Positions 10,111 through 24,439 of a stretch of 64,000 bases of DNA are shown here, one piece after another (positions within the stretch are counted from its first letter, which is position 1; each line of letters opens with the position of its first letter). Both the position numbers and the translations under genes were made by a program. The DNA comes from the human T2T-CHM13v2.0 reference genome, Homo sapiens. Under the pieces are notes generated by a model. That model was given only the letters and a program-made list of their open reading frames with translations, ran no database searches and had not been told where the DNA came from. The DNA is taken from assembly GCF_009914755.1 (NCBI RefSeq), contig NC_060935.1; one strand, 5' to 3'.

Positions 10111-13100
10111 ATGTAACTGTGTTAATAAGTGAAAAGGGGTAGAGATAGATGGGATAGGAGTAGGGACTAATTGAAATATGTGATATCGTTTTTTAGAAGT
10201 GGTTGGAAATGCTCATTCAATTTCATACTTAGCTTCTGATATGAGACTATAGAAAAACGGAGAAAATTTGCAAATGACTTATAATTATGTAATTATGACA
10301 TGTATCAAGATACTGACTTATTACAAGTATCAAAATGCTAAAATTGTGTCTTAATATCTTATATAAAATAATGAATTTTAAATATTCAATGTAGTGTTTT
10401 CCAAGATACTAATACTTTGAGCTCCCAAGGCATTGTGAATTCATAATTTCAAATATTTTAGGTAAGAATAGTAAGGGATATCACATATAATCAACATGTT
10501 CTTGATCTTTAATGTCAGTAAATATCCAAAATCAACAATAAAACACAAATTAGGCACCTGAACCCAACCAATTATTCTGGACCTGGTTTTAAAATATCTA
10601 ATAATTAATTCTTACTAATTAGTTTGATCATATCAACTGAGGTATCATTGTACACAGAATATTATTTAATAAAAATATTCTTTTAGTGAGAAAGGTCTGG
10701 TACAAAGATAGAAGATTGTTTCAATTTATTTTTTACATGTATCTCAGACTCACCAAAATAGTGAATTTACCACTACATTTTGAATGCTTATAGGTCAGTT
10801 AGAAGAACATGAGCCAACAAAATGAAGTCAGATTTATAAATATTTATTACTATTCAGACTAACATAAGTCAATTATTCTATATTTAGCCATTGTTCAATG
10901 ACATTCATATAACTAAAACAAAAGTAAATCTATTGCGTAGAAGAATTTTTAAAAACATGAGATCAACTTTTAATAGGTCCGTGTATAATGGCATTTATTT
11001 CGAACAAATATTCTGGTAATGAGGACTTGATAAAGAGTAGATTAGTATGTGACACTGTTTTTATCATGTGCTGTTTTCATTTCATTAATAGGACACAAGA
11101 GTAGTGTTTTCCATTACATTTTCAAATATCCTTGGCTTGTTTCACTACTCAATGAAAGCCCCAGTGGAAAAGAAATGAAATGTGGCATGATGTTTGTAGT
11201 CTTCTCATCTCTGCAAGTGGCTCACCCCAGTGCTATTTTTTTAACTAAACTTCTACCAGTCTTTAACTTGTAACTTTATTTTGACAATAGTAGTTATTTT
11301 TTGACGGCTACTCCATTCAAAAAGGACATTCCTCTGTTGTTCATCCTGCACTCACTAGATCTCAGAGAGAACAAAGCACTATGAAATGACATTCTAATTT
11401 TTGCTCTACCAGTAGACTGTTGAGCTTAGTAAATATTGAACTTTCATGGGACTTTAATACCTCCTTGTAAAATGGGAGTGTTATGCTAGATCACCTTCAA
11501 TAATTCTTTCAGAATTCTGACTATTTTGTTTTATATAAATCTTGATTTCACTCATAATTTTTTACCATGTGATAAACGTGTAGCTTGTCATGCTCAAGTA
11601 CATTTCAAATAGTTGTTAGAAAGTTTGGTTATATATGAGAATTAAATGTTTCTACAAATTTTAATAAGGTGATGTTTTGAAATGTTATTAACTAATATAT
11701 ACCTAAATGAAGCCAAAATGTTAGTTTTCCATCTAATATTAATAGTTACTTTTGCTTTCAAGCTTGTATTTTCTTTTAAAGAATCAATTATTCAAATGTA
11801 TAAAAATCTAGATGAGAACTTTTTTGTGGCAGAATTAACTAAATAAATGAAATACAGTTGATTAAAATTATGATGTAAGTTTAGAAAAAAGACAACATTG
11901 ATGATTTAAGATAATTAGTAAAATGATTTTGACCAATGATTTGGCTAGGAAGATCTGGATTAAATTTTGCTTATTTTCAACATTAAAGAAGATAATGTAT
12001 AAATATACTGGGTGCTAAAGAATGAAATTAAATATTCATAAAATGACAAACTATGTTAATTTTTCTCAATAGTGCCAAATGACTTTAACAGCCTACAATA
12101 ACAGCATAGTTACAGAATGTTTTGTAACAAGCATGTGTAAAATACATTATTAAACTACATTGAGTCATCTGTAAGTAGCATACCCTTATCCAAGCCACCC
12201 AATGCTTTTCTATGAACAAAGTTACCCTTTTGTAAAACTCTTTTGTGTTTTAACTGACTTTTTTTGCGACATGTATCACATTTGTCCTTTTATTATTATT
12301 ATTAATCATAAAACAGTTCTAAAATACTTTGTAAGATCTTTTCTTAAAAGCATTACATTCTCTGTGTGTAAAGAGGCAGAAAATGACTCTGAAATTAAGT
12401 CTTTTGGGGGTACTGAAACTTATTATTTATTTCAAAGCAGCATTAATTGACTCTTCCTAATTATTGGTGAAGAAATCCATGACCTGAGTATTGCCTTTCC
12501 TCAACAGGCCATGACACTGAGTTTCTTATTATTAGATATTTTTCTTTAAAACTGTAATTTTAGTGGCACACACTAAATGTCTACCATAAAAATACAAGAC
12601 AATTAGTAGTGATGTTTCTTCCTGCTTGATAGACTCAAATGCAGGCCTATTTCTATTTCCGAGTCTTAACTTGAAGAACAGTACCATAGGGCATGTCAAT
12701 ACAATCATAAGTCCAGGTGTTTTCACTTTATATTACTCTCTGTGGCTTATATACATAGTATATTTCATTAATGTATATATACAACCACCACATATTTCTA
12801 GCATCCTATATAGCAATGTTAAATACAATTTATCCAGTTACAGTGCTGACACATTTTGAGCAGTAACTTCTAGATTTAATCATTAAATATTGGTTGTAGT
12901 TGAGGCTATCAGGTTGACCTTTTGACAAGAAATAGGTCCAATTTGTCAGTCAGATAATCTGTTCTGTCAAGCATTAGTTTTCCTTCACTTCATGGAATTA
13001 ATTAGTAATTCAGTTTAACAGGATGAGTTACTTAGTTATAAGTTTGGCATGAAAAAAAATCTGTATATCTATAATTTTTCTTCAGCTTAGTTGCATTTTT

Positions 13101-13806
13101 TATTTCCATTTACCCATCTTTGAGCTGCATTATCTAAACTTAAAGTTTCAAAGATGGATATGTGCCTATTCTGCAGGATTTCTTCCTTAATTGATCTGGG
13201 ATGTCTGCCAGTCTCCTTTAGAATTCTGCACTCTTTATGAGATTGGCTTATATCCAGTTACTCTCACACTTCAAGTTCTCCTCTTACTTTGCTGTTTTTT
13301 AAGCAAGAAATTGTTTTTTGAGTCTTTAGATGTTCCTTTCTATGTGTGAGAATTTTAATTCTATAAAGAAAATCTTTTCTTATATTTATGTCCCTTGAAA
13401 TTCTACATTACACACTTATTCTCCTTTGGAGTGGAGCCAATGTTGAATTTATTGTCTTATTTGTAAGATAATATTTAAAACTTGAGGGAATATTTAAACT
13501 TTAATAATTATCTGATTCTTTTTTCTCTACCACTAATTTTACTCTTCTGATATGTATTTTCCTTCATAAAAAATTGCTTTTAATTGATTGGGGTTGAGGC
13601 CATCTTTTGTGTTCTAAAGTCTTTGTTATCATTCAGTACTTCCCTCCTTATATCCAGTCTATGAAAACAAAACAAATTGCACTATGGAAGAGAAAAATAA
13701 TATTGAATGTGTTGTGTCAAATGAATAATGCAGTTTACTTTTAATAAGCTAACTTGTGATAGAAATAAATTACATCATTTCATACCAACTCTAATTACTC
13801 TGTGAG

Positions 13807-13837
13807 GTGTGTGTGTGTGTGTGTATGTGTGTGTGTG
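13807..13837. repeat. Interrupted (GT)n microsatellite
   Basis: Read directly. Confidence 0.95.
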
Positions 13838-15708
13838 CCACGAACAATTTGTTTCCTGAGTAGACTGTGAAAGTCTCTCATTTGAAAATTTTAAACTTGC
13901 CCCAAAAGGGAGATTCTGATCAAGACTAGACAACATTGACTAGTCACATCAGCATAATCTTCTGAGTATTTTTCAGCATCACATACTGATTGACTAATTA
14001 AAATAACCCTGAAGTGTAAAATAATGTGGTATCTTTGAAAGATCACGACATAAGTTTCATGATTATACTTTTTATGTTTGAGCATAGAGCAGTTTCAAAG
14101 CTATGAAGAGCCACCTCCAATTCGAACTGGTTTTTTGGCCATTTCGGAGGCAGGAAACGCTAAACCTCTCAGAAAGAATGAAAGAAATAAGCAAGCTTAT
14201 GATTTCATGTGGAACAATCAATGAGATGAGATCTCAAGAAAGGACTGGACAAAGTAGAAAACAATTAAAAATAACAAAGAAAGGATGTGGAAAACCATAG
14301 AAAAGAAGCAGATTATTTCAAAGTAATGAGGGTAAAATTTCTGTCTTAGTTTCTTAAACTATAGTTTCTTAAATGGCTCATCTTTTAAATATGTTTAGGT
14401 GCCCTACAGAAAGAAAGATGTAGAAACACTAATATACATACGTTAAAGCTATAAGAATAGTGAATTATCTATGTGGAAACCATATCTTACGAACTATGAA
14501 GATAGAGGTTTGAGATGAGTGGGAGTAGGAGATTTGGGGTGGGGGTAACGGGTACAAAGAGACATAGAAATTATCTTTAAATACTTGAAAATATGAAGAT
14601 CTATCATATGGAAGAATAAATAAACTGTTCCTCCTCTATAATGTATATGGAACTAATGGAAGGGATTTATTAGAAGACATATTCAAATTAATAGACTCTA
14701 TAAAAAAACGAATTGAGCAGTTTAACAATGAAATAAATTGTGTCTTAAGACAGAGGATATTCTTTAACTATTAAAAGCATTACATTGGGAATGGCATAAA
14801 TATCAGGAGTTTTGAAAATGAAGTACGTTTATTGAGGGGAAGTTTTGGAAGGCCATAAAAGTTTTTGCCAATTGTAGGATTTTGTGATTCTATAACCGTA
14901 TCTCCCCAAGATTTAGTTTTTGAACAATAATCATATCATATACAATACAACCGGGAATTTGGAGTAGTTCTATTTCAGATTCTTTTCAAGCGTTTTAGTT
15001 ATTAGAAGTGTAGTAAGAATTTATTACAGCCTGGCAACATTCTTAATATGGTCCGCAGCATATACAAGGATGATTTTATATTGAGAATAGAAAAATATAT
15101 GAATTATTATTCTGTTAATATGGCCAACATCTTCAACAGTGTTATAACAGTAAGTATAATTTTACCTAATGCAGTAAAGTTATAATTGTTTTTCTAACAG
15201 AATATTGATTTTAAAAATCTCAGGAAAGTTGTACGATTTTTGAGATTTAACGTAACTACAGAAAAATGAAAAAACTAAGTCTGATGAAATCTGGTATAAT
15301 TTTAAAAATATTGTCTCGAAAATAACTTATTCAGCAATCCAAAGGACTATAGCAAAACTGAGGAGCATTTTCTGAGCAGCCAAACTAGATGTTCCAAAGA
15401 TCATTGTGGAAAGTCTGTATACTTCATTCTGTGGAAAACCTTTAAGCCCTAATTCAGAGTCAGCTTTGTCATTTTGTACATAATTTTAATCAACTTTAAT
15501 AGCTGGTTTCTCCAGTAAGTAGTAAACTAGAGGGTGGAGCATAAAGAATAATAAGGGAGAATTTAGAGTAAGGGAGGATTTTTTTTAAATGCAGAAAAAA
15601 AGAGGAACCAAAAATTCAACATGGTAATTTGAGGATTATTTAAGGCTTAAGACATCCTTGTATTATATATAGATATAGATATATATATGGCATGTAAACA
15701 GTTACATC

Positions 15709-15746
15709 TATATATACGTGTGTGTGTGTGTGTGTGTGTGTGTGTA
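15709..15746. repeat. (TA)n-CG-(TG)n alternating purine/pyrimidine tract
   Basis: TATATATACGTGTGTG..., read directly. Confidence 0.95.
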
Positions 15747-17330
15747 TCTTATAAACAGCCTCATATATCTCTTTTGGACTCATGGATATTTATAGAATTT
15801 TCTACTAATTGAAACCTGTAATCATTGTGCCAAATTACCATACATTTAAAATTCCTTTGGCTGTATTCTGTTTAATATGGCAAAGTTTTACATTGTCAAA
15901 ATGGACATTCACTTTAAAAATACTTGAATGTTAAGAATGTGACATAGATGTGTGTGTGTATAAGTTAGATCCAATATAAAATGTGTTAAAAAAAAAACTT
16001 GGTTCAAAATCAACACTCTAGGAGTTGAGTGCTTAGTACTTCATATATCTTTATCTAAATATATACAAGATGACTGTTAATTTATATAAGCAATACTAGA
16101 TGTGATTGTTCATCAGTGTAATGAATGGTGTTAATATATGTGGTTGGTAAGAAGTCAAGCTTGCTGCTATTGGCTGCATGAGGTATAGGAATCAACACAG
16201 TCAACAGTTGGATGCCCTTGGTGTGGAGCCCAGTTGGACCTGTATCCCTCACTTCACAGAATACCTTGTCTCTCAACCCACTTAGAAAGCCACCTGGTCC
16301 TACTGCCAGGATACCACCATGTTCACCTCACCATGAACCTATCATGCCAGGTGCTGGTTCAAGTGCCTAAGCAGACTTAAACTTGCTCCCAGGTGCCAGA
16401 GCAGCTGTAAGAACCATTGATTCTTTTATCCTTGTTTACTAATAATATTTATATGTGTGGCATATGTGCTCTCATTGTAATGTAACAACTGGTAGTAAAG
16501 TTTTGGGAGAGAGAACATTTAGCCATAATCTACCTTGACTGTCAGAAATTACCAATATTTACCCCCAAAGCCTAGCATTTGCCTCATGGTCACATTGGTT
16601 TAGGTCATTTCACAACACCAACAAATGTATGTGATAGAAATGTAGTAACTACACTGTATAATCAAGGGCAAATATGTTTGTTCTTACATGTTATTTCATT
16701 GTCTTAAAAATTAACATTATGACCATCTCTTTTTCTGTTAATCCTGTATAAATATGGAATTACCTGTATTGAAATTTTATTTGACTCTAAGTTTCCAGAA
16801 ATTTAGAATGCCATAGCGCAAACACAAGAAATTAAAAAGAAATCATGTGTAAAATATATGTAAAAGTCTTTTTCAAAACTGTAAAAGTCGTTTTCAAAAA
16901 GATGTTCCTCAAAACACAAGTCTCTTAACATATCGTGTTTAAAAAGTTTGTATGACAAATAATTTTCAGAATTGCTACATAATTTGCCACTGTTCAACCA
17001 TCACAATGTACATCAATATATTAAAGAATCTGAGAAAGTTGTATTAAAGAATCCTGCTAACTTTGCTTAATTCAACATTTCCCCAATATATTAGACATTA
17101 ACTTCAGAAATTATGAATTAGAAAGACATCCAATTTGGACTCATTTGTAAATAGAATTCTATGGCCAGTATTTGGAGGGGTGCACTGAAAAACTAAACCT
17201 TATATTTAAGAAGACTACCAGAAAAGCGAGGGAGGTGAGAATACTGAAACACTACAAGATAATGTGGACTACATGTAAAAATAAACTTTTTGTATAGAAA
17301 TTGTCTCGAGTGTATTTGGCAAATAGTATG

Positions 17331-17720
17331 CCATATATAATCAATTCTAAGATGCAGTTGTTTTCTAATTGTAAACAGCTCTGAAATCAGTGTAAATTTT
17401 ATAGTTGATTGCATCTGTCAAACCCTTTTGGCCAAGTGGCAGTCATAACATAGTTAACATCACTTGATGCCTCAGGTATGATAAAGAAAGCCCACGTATC
17501 AAAACAGACGGGATGATTGTTAATGGATAAGGAGAAAACTTCAAAGATAATAGTGGAGCATTTTAAAAATAAATGCTGTACAGCATTATCAACACTTTCA
17601 ATGGACCGGAAAATAACATTATATGGAAAAACATGGAATTCAATGATTCTCAACCCAAACATGATTCAGGAGAGTTAGATTCTGAATGAGAAGAAGTTTC
17701 ACTAATACTTAAGCCAATAT
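17331..17720 (+). mobile_element. TcMar-Tc2 (Kanga/MER104-like) DNA transposon relic, interrupted by the THE1 LTR
   Basis: 5' end CCATAT...CAATTCTAAGATGCA...CTCTGAAATC resembles MER104/Kanga. 17550-17650 reads across frameshifts as IVEHFK..CC..NTFNGPENNIIW, similar to the pogo/Tc2 transposase C-terminal motif FKKCGISNALDGTEDDILW. Confidence 0.6.
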
Positions 17721-17722
17721 AT

Positions 17723-18083
17723 TGCATTAGTCTGTCCTCACATTGCTAATAAAGACATACCTGAGGCTGGGTAATTTATAAAGGAAAGAGGTTGAATTGA
17801 TTCACAGTTCCACATGGCTTGGAGGCCTCACAGTCATGGCGGAAGGTGAATGAGGAGCAAAGTCATGCTTTACATGGCGGCAGGCAAGAGAGCATGTTCA
17901 GGGGAACTCCCCTTTATAAAACCATCAGATCTTGTGAGACTTATTCACTATCAGGAGAACAACCTGGGAAAAACCTGCCCCCATGATTATATTACCTTCC
18001 ACTGTAGTTCCCTCCCCTGACATGTGGGGATTATTACAATTCAAGGTGAGATTTGAGTGGGAACACAGAGCCAAACCGTATCA
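17723..18083 (-). mobile_element. THE1 (THE1C-like) MaLR solo LTR
   Basis: Minus strand starts TGATACGGTTTGGCTCTGTG and ends CTAATGCA. 361 bp with TG...CA ends and flanks TATAT/TATTT (degenerate 5-bp TSD). Confidence 0.93.
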
Positions 18084-19367
18084 TATTTTCATTTTTATTT
18101 ATGCATAAGGGTGATTTTTTAAAAGTACATATAAATAAATATGAAAGACTTCTTTGAATAAGCACAACATTTCTAAAGATAACAAACCTTTGACTAGTTT
18201 GAAAGCTTCTTTTTCTTTCTCAGGGGTACACAAACTAATGACATATCTTAAGACTGCATGTTAACTATGTAAAACCATTTTAATTGCCTAATGGATGCTA
18301 GACTTCTAAAATATCTATACTTGTATCATATTTCTCAAAGGAATTCAATAACCTATTTATACTCAATAGTTTTTATTTTCTATGAGATAGATGTGTTTTC
18401 AAACTAATGAAGTCATAAAAAACTTGAACAGATTGAAAGATGTTTATAAAGTGACTAAAATATACTTTGCCTTAACCACTTGTAATCTAATTGATTTTTT
18501 TTCAGTATGTTGGTTGACACATGCTAGTGATGATAGTGAGAAAAATAAAGTTGAGAAAAATACATTAAAGAATTATTGCTGTAAGAATTGGAAATTATCT
18601 GATCAGCTGTTGGTTGAAAATCTGATGCATGACTTTTATAACATCTGTGATGAGATTTTTGTCTACGTTGGAGTATTCATTGACTGAAGCTGCCTGCATA
18701 TTTTTCATTTCTTTTGTTCTTCCTCATCACTGGTTGTTGGTTGTGTTATAGTTCACTAGATTTGCTATTCCATAGCATAAAAAATTATAAACTCAAGAAT
18801 ATATATTCCTTTTAATTTATTATACATTTTTCTCTTTTATAAATCAGCAGCTTTAACCTTTTTTTCTTTTCATAGGGAGTGATTAAAAATAAGAATCCTA
18901 CCATATATTAAGGAAGTTATACTTCAGTGAAATATGACTATAAAATCTATCTTCATCTGTAGGGAAGGTAATGAATTAGCATAAATGCCTTCATAATCCA
19001 GTCTCTCTCCCTCCCCTCTTTTCTAATAAAAATGCAGAGAGAACACTGTGAAGCTCAAGCTGCCTCTAAAGAAAGTAGAGATTTACAGAACATAACCTCA
19101 CAAGATTTGTTGATGAATTATGAAGGAAGGACATTTATTTTGAGAATCATGAGCATTATAATATTTATTGAGGATTAGAATTTTGTTATGTGGAGGTGCT
19201 ACTACCTCCTCATGAGCCACTTCTGCACTCAATCTCAGTAAGAAGAAAATGATTAATTTGTAAAATATTAAATTATCATGATTTTTTCACTTTTCTGTCG
19301 GTTTTTTCTGTTAATGTCAGGTAGCTTATCTTTAGTCTTTATGATTAAAAATGGGAGAAAGATATCA

Positions 19368-19691
<324 letters not shown>

Positions 19692-20482
19692 TCAGTGTCC
19701 TTTAAAATTTGCCTGTCCTTAAAATTTTACCTCTATTGTATCATTCTAATAAATACATGTACCCAACAAAAAATTATGGGGAAATTCTTGGCACATATGT
19801 GAATCCCTTTTTTCACTATGCAAATAACCTCACCAGATTAATGAGCCAAAAATTCATTTGAAACAATGAGTTATCCAAATTTTATGCTGACATTGGCTAT
19901 AAGTATTAACATTAGCTTATATGACACATTTTTTAAGTGGGATTGAAATTTTATGTTTGTTTAACTGTTGAGAGATCTAGGGGAGGGAAATATATAAAGC
20001 AAGAGAAAGAGAGGGAGAGATTTTTGAAGTCAAATGACATAAAAACTATGTAAATAAAGTCTTATCGACAAAGTGTTAAGAGAAGTGCAAATACAAGATG
20101 GGTTTTATGATACTACTATTAAATGAAAGAACAAAGGTGGATGCATATGAAGTAAATGTTGGGAGGACAATGTGTCATAATTAGGATATGAAAGTGTTTC
20201 AAAGATGCAGCAATTAATTGCATGTGGTATGGTATTGGTATAATAGGGCAGAACATGATTGATGGATGAAGCTTGTCAGCTTTGGGGACAAACCAAGCAG
20301 AACCAAAAGATGGTCACTAAACATGACCTCAGGTAGCTTATTCAAAGATAACTTTCCTAATCTATAAAATGGGGAAATAACATTATATTAGAGGTTGGTT
20401 GTGAGTGTAATTGTCACACAGGAAGCACTAAAAAAAGTGAAGGCTACCATTTTAATAGTAAAAGTTGTTAACAGTAAATACA

Positions 20483-20606
20483 TTTTTTTTTTGAGACAGA
20501 GTTTTGCTCTTGTTGCCCAGGCTGGAGTGCAATCATGGCACAATCTTGGTTCACCGCAACCTCCTCCTCCTGGGTTCAAGCGATTCTCCTGCCTCAACCT
20601 CCTGAG
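20483..20606 (-). mobile_element. 5'-truncated AluS (Sp/Sq-like)
   Basis: Poly(T) plus right-arm sequence between two perfect copies of TAACAGTAAATACA (20469-20482 and 20607-20620). Confidence 0.93.
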
Positions 20607-20774
20607 TAACAGTAAATACAATATTAAGGTAAAAACAGAACACTTTATTTGGTCACATAAAACTGACACATGTTCATGTGAGCAAAAAAAGAGGTTGGAA
20701 AATGTGAAGGAGATAACTGCAGAAAATATTAGAAGTAAATTGAGAGGATTGCGGGACCCCAGGAATTAAAAATA

Positions 20775-21960
20775 CACTCATTAAATAACTAGCATGTCTT
20801 GAATGCCTGCTATGTGTCAGGTACTCTTCTAGATGCTAGGGATACAGTATCAAACAAAACACCTATGGAACTAGCATTCAAATACGGGCGACAAAGGTAG
20901 AATATCTGGCAGTTAAAATAAGGGCTAAGGCTAAAAAAATGAAGCAGAGAAGGGATTATGAATTATGAAGTGCTAATAGCTAAGGGTGGGGAAGGGCATG
21001 TTAAGATTTTAGACAGGTTGGCCAGAAAAATGTTCCCCGAGAGTGACTTTTAAGTAAAAGCTGAAGGATGTGGAGGAGTAAGCCATGCCAATATCTGAGA
21101 GAAGAACATTATGGGCAGAGGAAAATGCATTTGCAAAGGCCCTGTGGTGGGAGTATTCCACCATGTTCCAGGAACGGTGAGGAGATCAGTGTGGCTACAG
21201 CAGAAGGAATAAGTGGGGCAGTAGCAGGATGATAGAGAGGCAACTAGTGGTTAGATTATTGTAGGACATTGAGGCACGTGCTGCGGACTTTGAGTTTTGC
21301 TCTGAATGAGATGAGAAGTCATTGGGTTTTGAGGAGTGACATGTTCTTTTATTTTAACAGCTACTTCAACAAGCATAGCTCAGAAAGGGAGGATGAGAGC
21401 AAGGAAGATGATCAGTGTAGAAGCTTTAAATCATGCATGTGAGAAATGGTAATGACTTGGAACTGAGTGGCAGAGTTGGGACACATAAAATGGGTTCGGA
21501 TTATAAATAAAATTGTAAGTGCAGTCACTAGAATTTCTTAATGTATTGGATACAGTCTATAAGAAAAAGGGAAGGTAAAGATAATTCTAAGGATCTTGGT
21601 CTAAACAACTGGAAGGATGGAGGAGACTGAAGGAGAATTAGGTTTAGAGGGTTATCAGGTTCACAGTTTGTTGCCTGAAAAGTTTGAAATGCCTTTTAGA
21701 CATCCATGTGGAGATGTCAAGAAGGCAGTTGGATATACAGGTCATGAGACAGAGAACATCACTTAGAAAGTGATTTTTGACAGAAAAGAGAAAATATACA
21801 AGGACAGAGCCCTGTGCATATTAACATGGAGAGTCTGAAGGAGATCAACAGCAACCAACAGAGCCTATGGTGAAGAAATGGCCTGAAACGTGAGAGGAAA
21901 AGCAGGGAAGTATGTGTTCTGAAAGCCAAGTGAAGATGTTTCATATTAACCATGTGAATA
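20775..21960 (-). mobile_element. L2 fragment (about 1.2 kb)
   Basis: TGAATGCCTGCTATGTGTCAGGTACTCTTCTAGATGCTAGGGATACAG, TGCAAAGGCCCTGTGGTGGGAG and GAGATGTCAAGAAGGCAGTTGGATATAC are typical L2 motifs. Confidence 0.85.
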
Positions 21961-22134
21961 AGAAAAGTGAAATGCCAGAGGAAAGAGATAGCTGAGACAT
22001 GTAGCTGAGATCATTTTACAAATTGAAGAAAATTAAAGTATATTTTCAGTGGAAAACAATAAAGAGAAAGATGACAAACTTGGATGAAGTCTTCACTAGA
22101 AAGAAGTAGCAAGAAAGAAAAAAACAGGACACCT

Positions 22135-22300
22135 GTAGTGTTTTCTCAAAATGTCCTAGTCCTGGCCATTTGTATCAGAAGCAATTGAGATGTTTGTTAA
22201 AACATGCAGATTCCTGAATCACAGTTGTTTATGACAGACCCAGGAATTTGTATATTTAGAAAGCTCCACAGGTGATTCTTATGTACATGACTAATGTTTA
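22135..22300. mobile_element. MER5-type hAT-Charlie relic
   Basis: AGTGTTTTCTCAAAATGT...ATGCAGATTCCTG...CAGGTGATTCTTATGTACA. Confidence 0.7.
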
Positions 22301-24439
22301 AAAAAAAGTAAAACAGGGAAATAGATTTCTAAGAATAAACGAGTGATAACGTAAGTGTGTAACTGCAGGTTGTAAACATGGAATAGGGTCAGCAGTTTGT
22401 GGTTCCCACTCTCATCATCTGTATTTTCATCAAATAAATGATTAGATTATAGCCATGCAGAAAAGGAATGAATTACTTTACACTCAAACTTAATTTCCCT
22501 TTCCCCCAAATATATTAGAAAGCTCAAATTGACATTTATTTTTCCATTTCACTTGCATGCTCAGTGGGGGAGGAATGGAAAATTGAAATTTGCAAGGCTT
22601 CCCGTGGGTTTGCCTCTGCCTCTAAGGCACACTTAGTCAATAAGTGCAGTAGGACCCATCATTACATTGCTCATTATTCCACTGATTCAGTGAGTTTGCA
22701 TGTCAAAAAGAATCCCCCTTTCTTTATGTAACCAGACCACACATACACATACACACAATTCTGATCTAGAACTGAGAGCTGCAGAAATCTATGGTAGGAT
22801 TTCATGTCAGGCTTGTGGAAATCCATTCCAATGCTTCATGGGCAATTTCAGTTGTTCTCACATCAGCATGAGCTTTCACCTTCATCTTTAGGTTGTGAGA
22901 GATCTCCACTGTGTACAGTTGGTCAACAAGTACTGAAGGTACATGAAACTGCAGCTCTGCAGAAGGGACATTAAAACCATAAGTGGGTTCTAGTTCAATG
23001 AACTCTAACTACATTTGGAAAGAATGGAAGGGATAAATGAGGGAAGCAATGTACACATTCAGAAGTAAGGAATACAGAGTCTTTAATATTTACCTTGTAC
23101 CTTCTTATTTCAAATGCTGTCCCTATCTCATTTTATCCCCTCAATTCTATTAGGTGGATGTTATTCCCTGTTTCATAGATGAAGAAGCTGAAGCTAATTT
23201 GTCCAAGGTAAGTAAGTGATAAGATTAAATTTTCTATATTAAATGGTAGTTTCTATGTTTTTCTTCATTGTACCATCCAAACTGCCTTGGAATTCAGTGT
23301 TAATACTAGAATTGCTAAATTGTACTATAGATCTCGCATTACAATTCTATGTGTTATATCACTGAGAAACTAATATATCAAGCATGTAGGAAATATCTAT
23401 GAAGCCTAATGATAATGATGATGAACTATCAAAGATTTTTAGATTGATAGCGGAAATAATGATGGTAAACTATCAATCTAAAGATTTGTAAGGTACAAAA
23501 ACAGCCTATGGTTGCACAAGGAATTTCAGTATACAAAACCAGTGGGAAATTAGAAATGCAATATCCTTAGTGATGCACTTTCTCCACCTTAACACCTGTA
23601 ACATCTTATCTGACCTCTACCACTCTAGGTTCTAGATCACTGAGTACTCTTTATCCAATGAATAAATGGTTTCTATTAGGTTAGTGAGGTTTTTGCCAAA
23701 AGTGCAAATACTTTTACACTAATCTAAATGTTATGCCCCTGCAAGTACATGCTCTGGTTGAATTTGTTCACATAAAACTAGATGCTCTGTGGGGCTGCTC
23801 CTCTAGCCTGCATGTCTCGACTCTTAATGATTCTTTTCTTTTTTTCTTTCATCTTGGCACTTAGTTCTGTCCAAAGATGGTCAGATTGCTAATTGATGGT
23901 CTTTTTGCTATTCTCATTTCTCCTTCACTAGGGGCCAATTTCTTCCTACACACTAGAAGTTTCTCCCAGTCATTTATTCTTCTTCTGACATATCCCTTTT
24001 ACTCAGAATGTAGGTCATGTTGCTGTTTGGTTGGAGGAGGTGTTCTGTAATACTGGCAAATCGGCTGAGAAGAAAGAAAAGAAGTTGTAGTCCATTTCTC
24101 ACCATAGACTCATTGTTGGGTTCTTGGCAGACCACATATCTTTCTTAGGTCTCAGTTTCCTTATCCATAAAACAAAGTATTTTGACTAAGTGCTCTCTAT
24201 AGTCCTTACCCAATGTAACAATCCATAATTATTGAAATGATGTTAGAAAACTGTGATGATTTTTTCAAAACTACATTCAGAGAACTACTGCATCTTTCTT
24301 ACCTTAATTCTGTCTACAGTCAAACAAGCTGAACATACAAATCAATGTGAGTATAACCCATTATACATATTGTATATATTTTAAAGCAGTAAGTTTTTGG
24401 ATGTAAACTTTCTTCTCTTAACAACATTTGTGTGTTTTT

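Noticed and set aside
14348-14373. 15-bp-period repeat of TAGTTTCTTAAA
   Set aside because: Short slippage duplication in AT-rich DNA, too common to be informative.
18380-18760. 98-aa ORF and possible hAT transposon relic
   Set aside because: I could not assign a family or homology with enough confidence from sequence alone.
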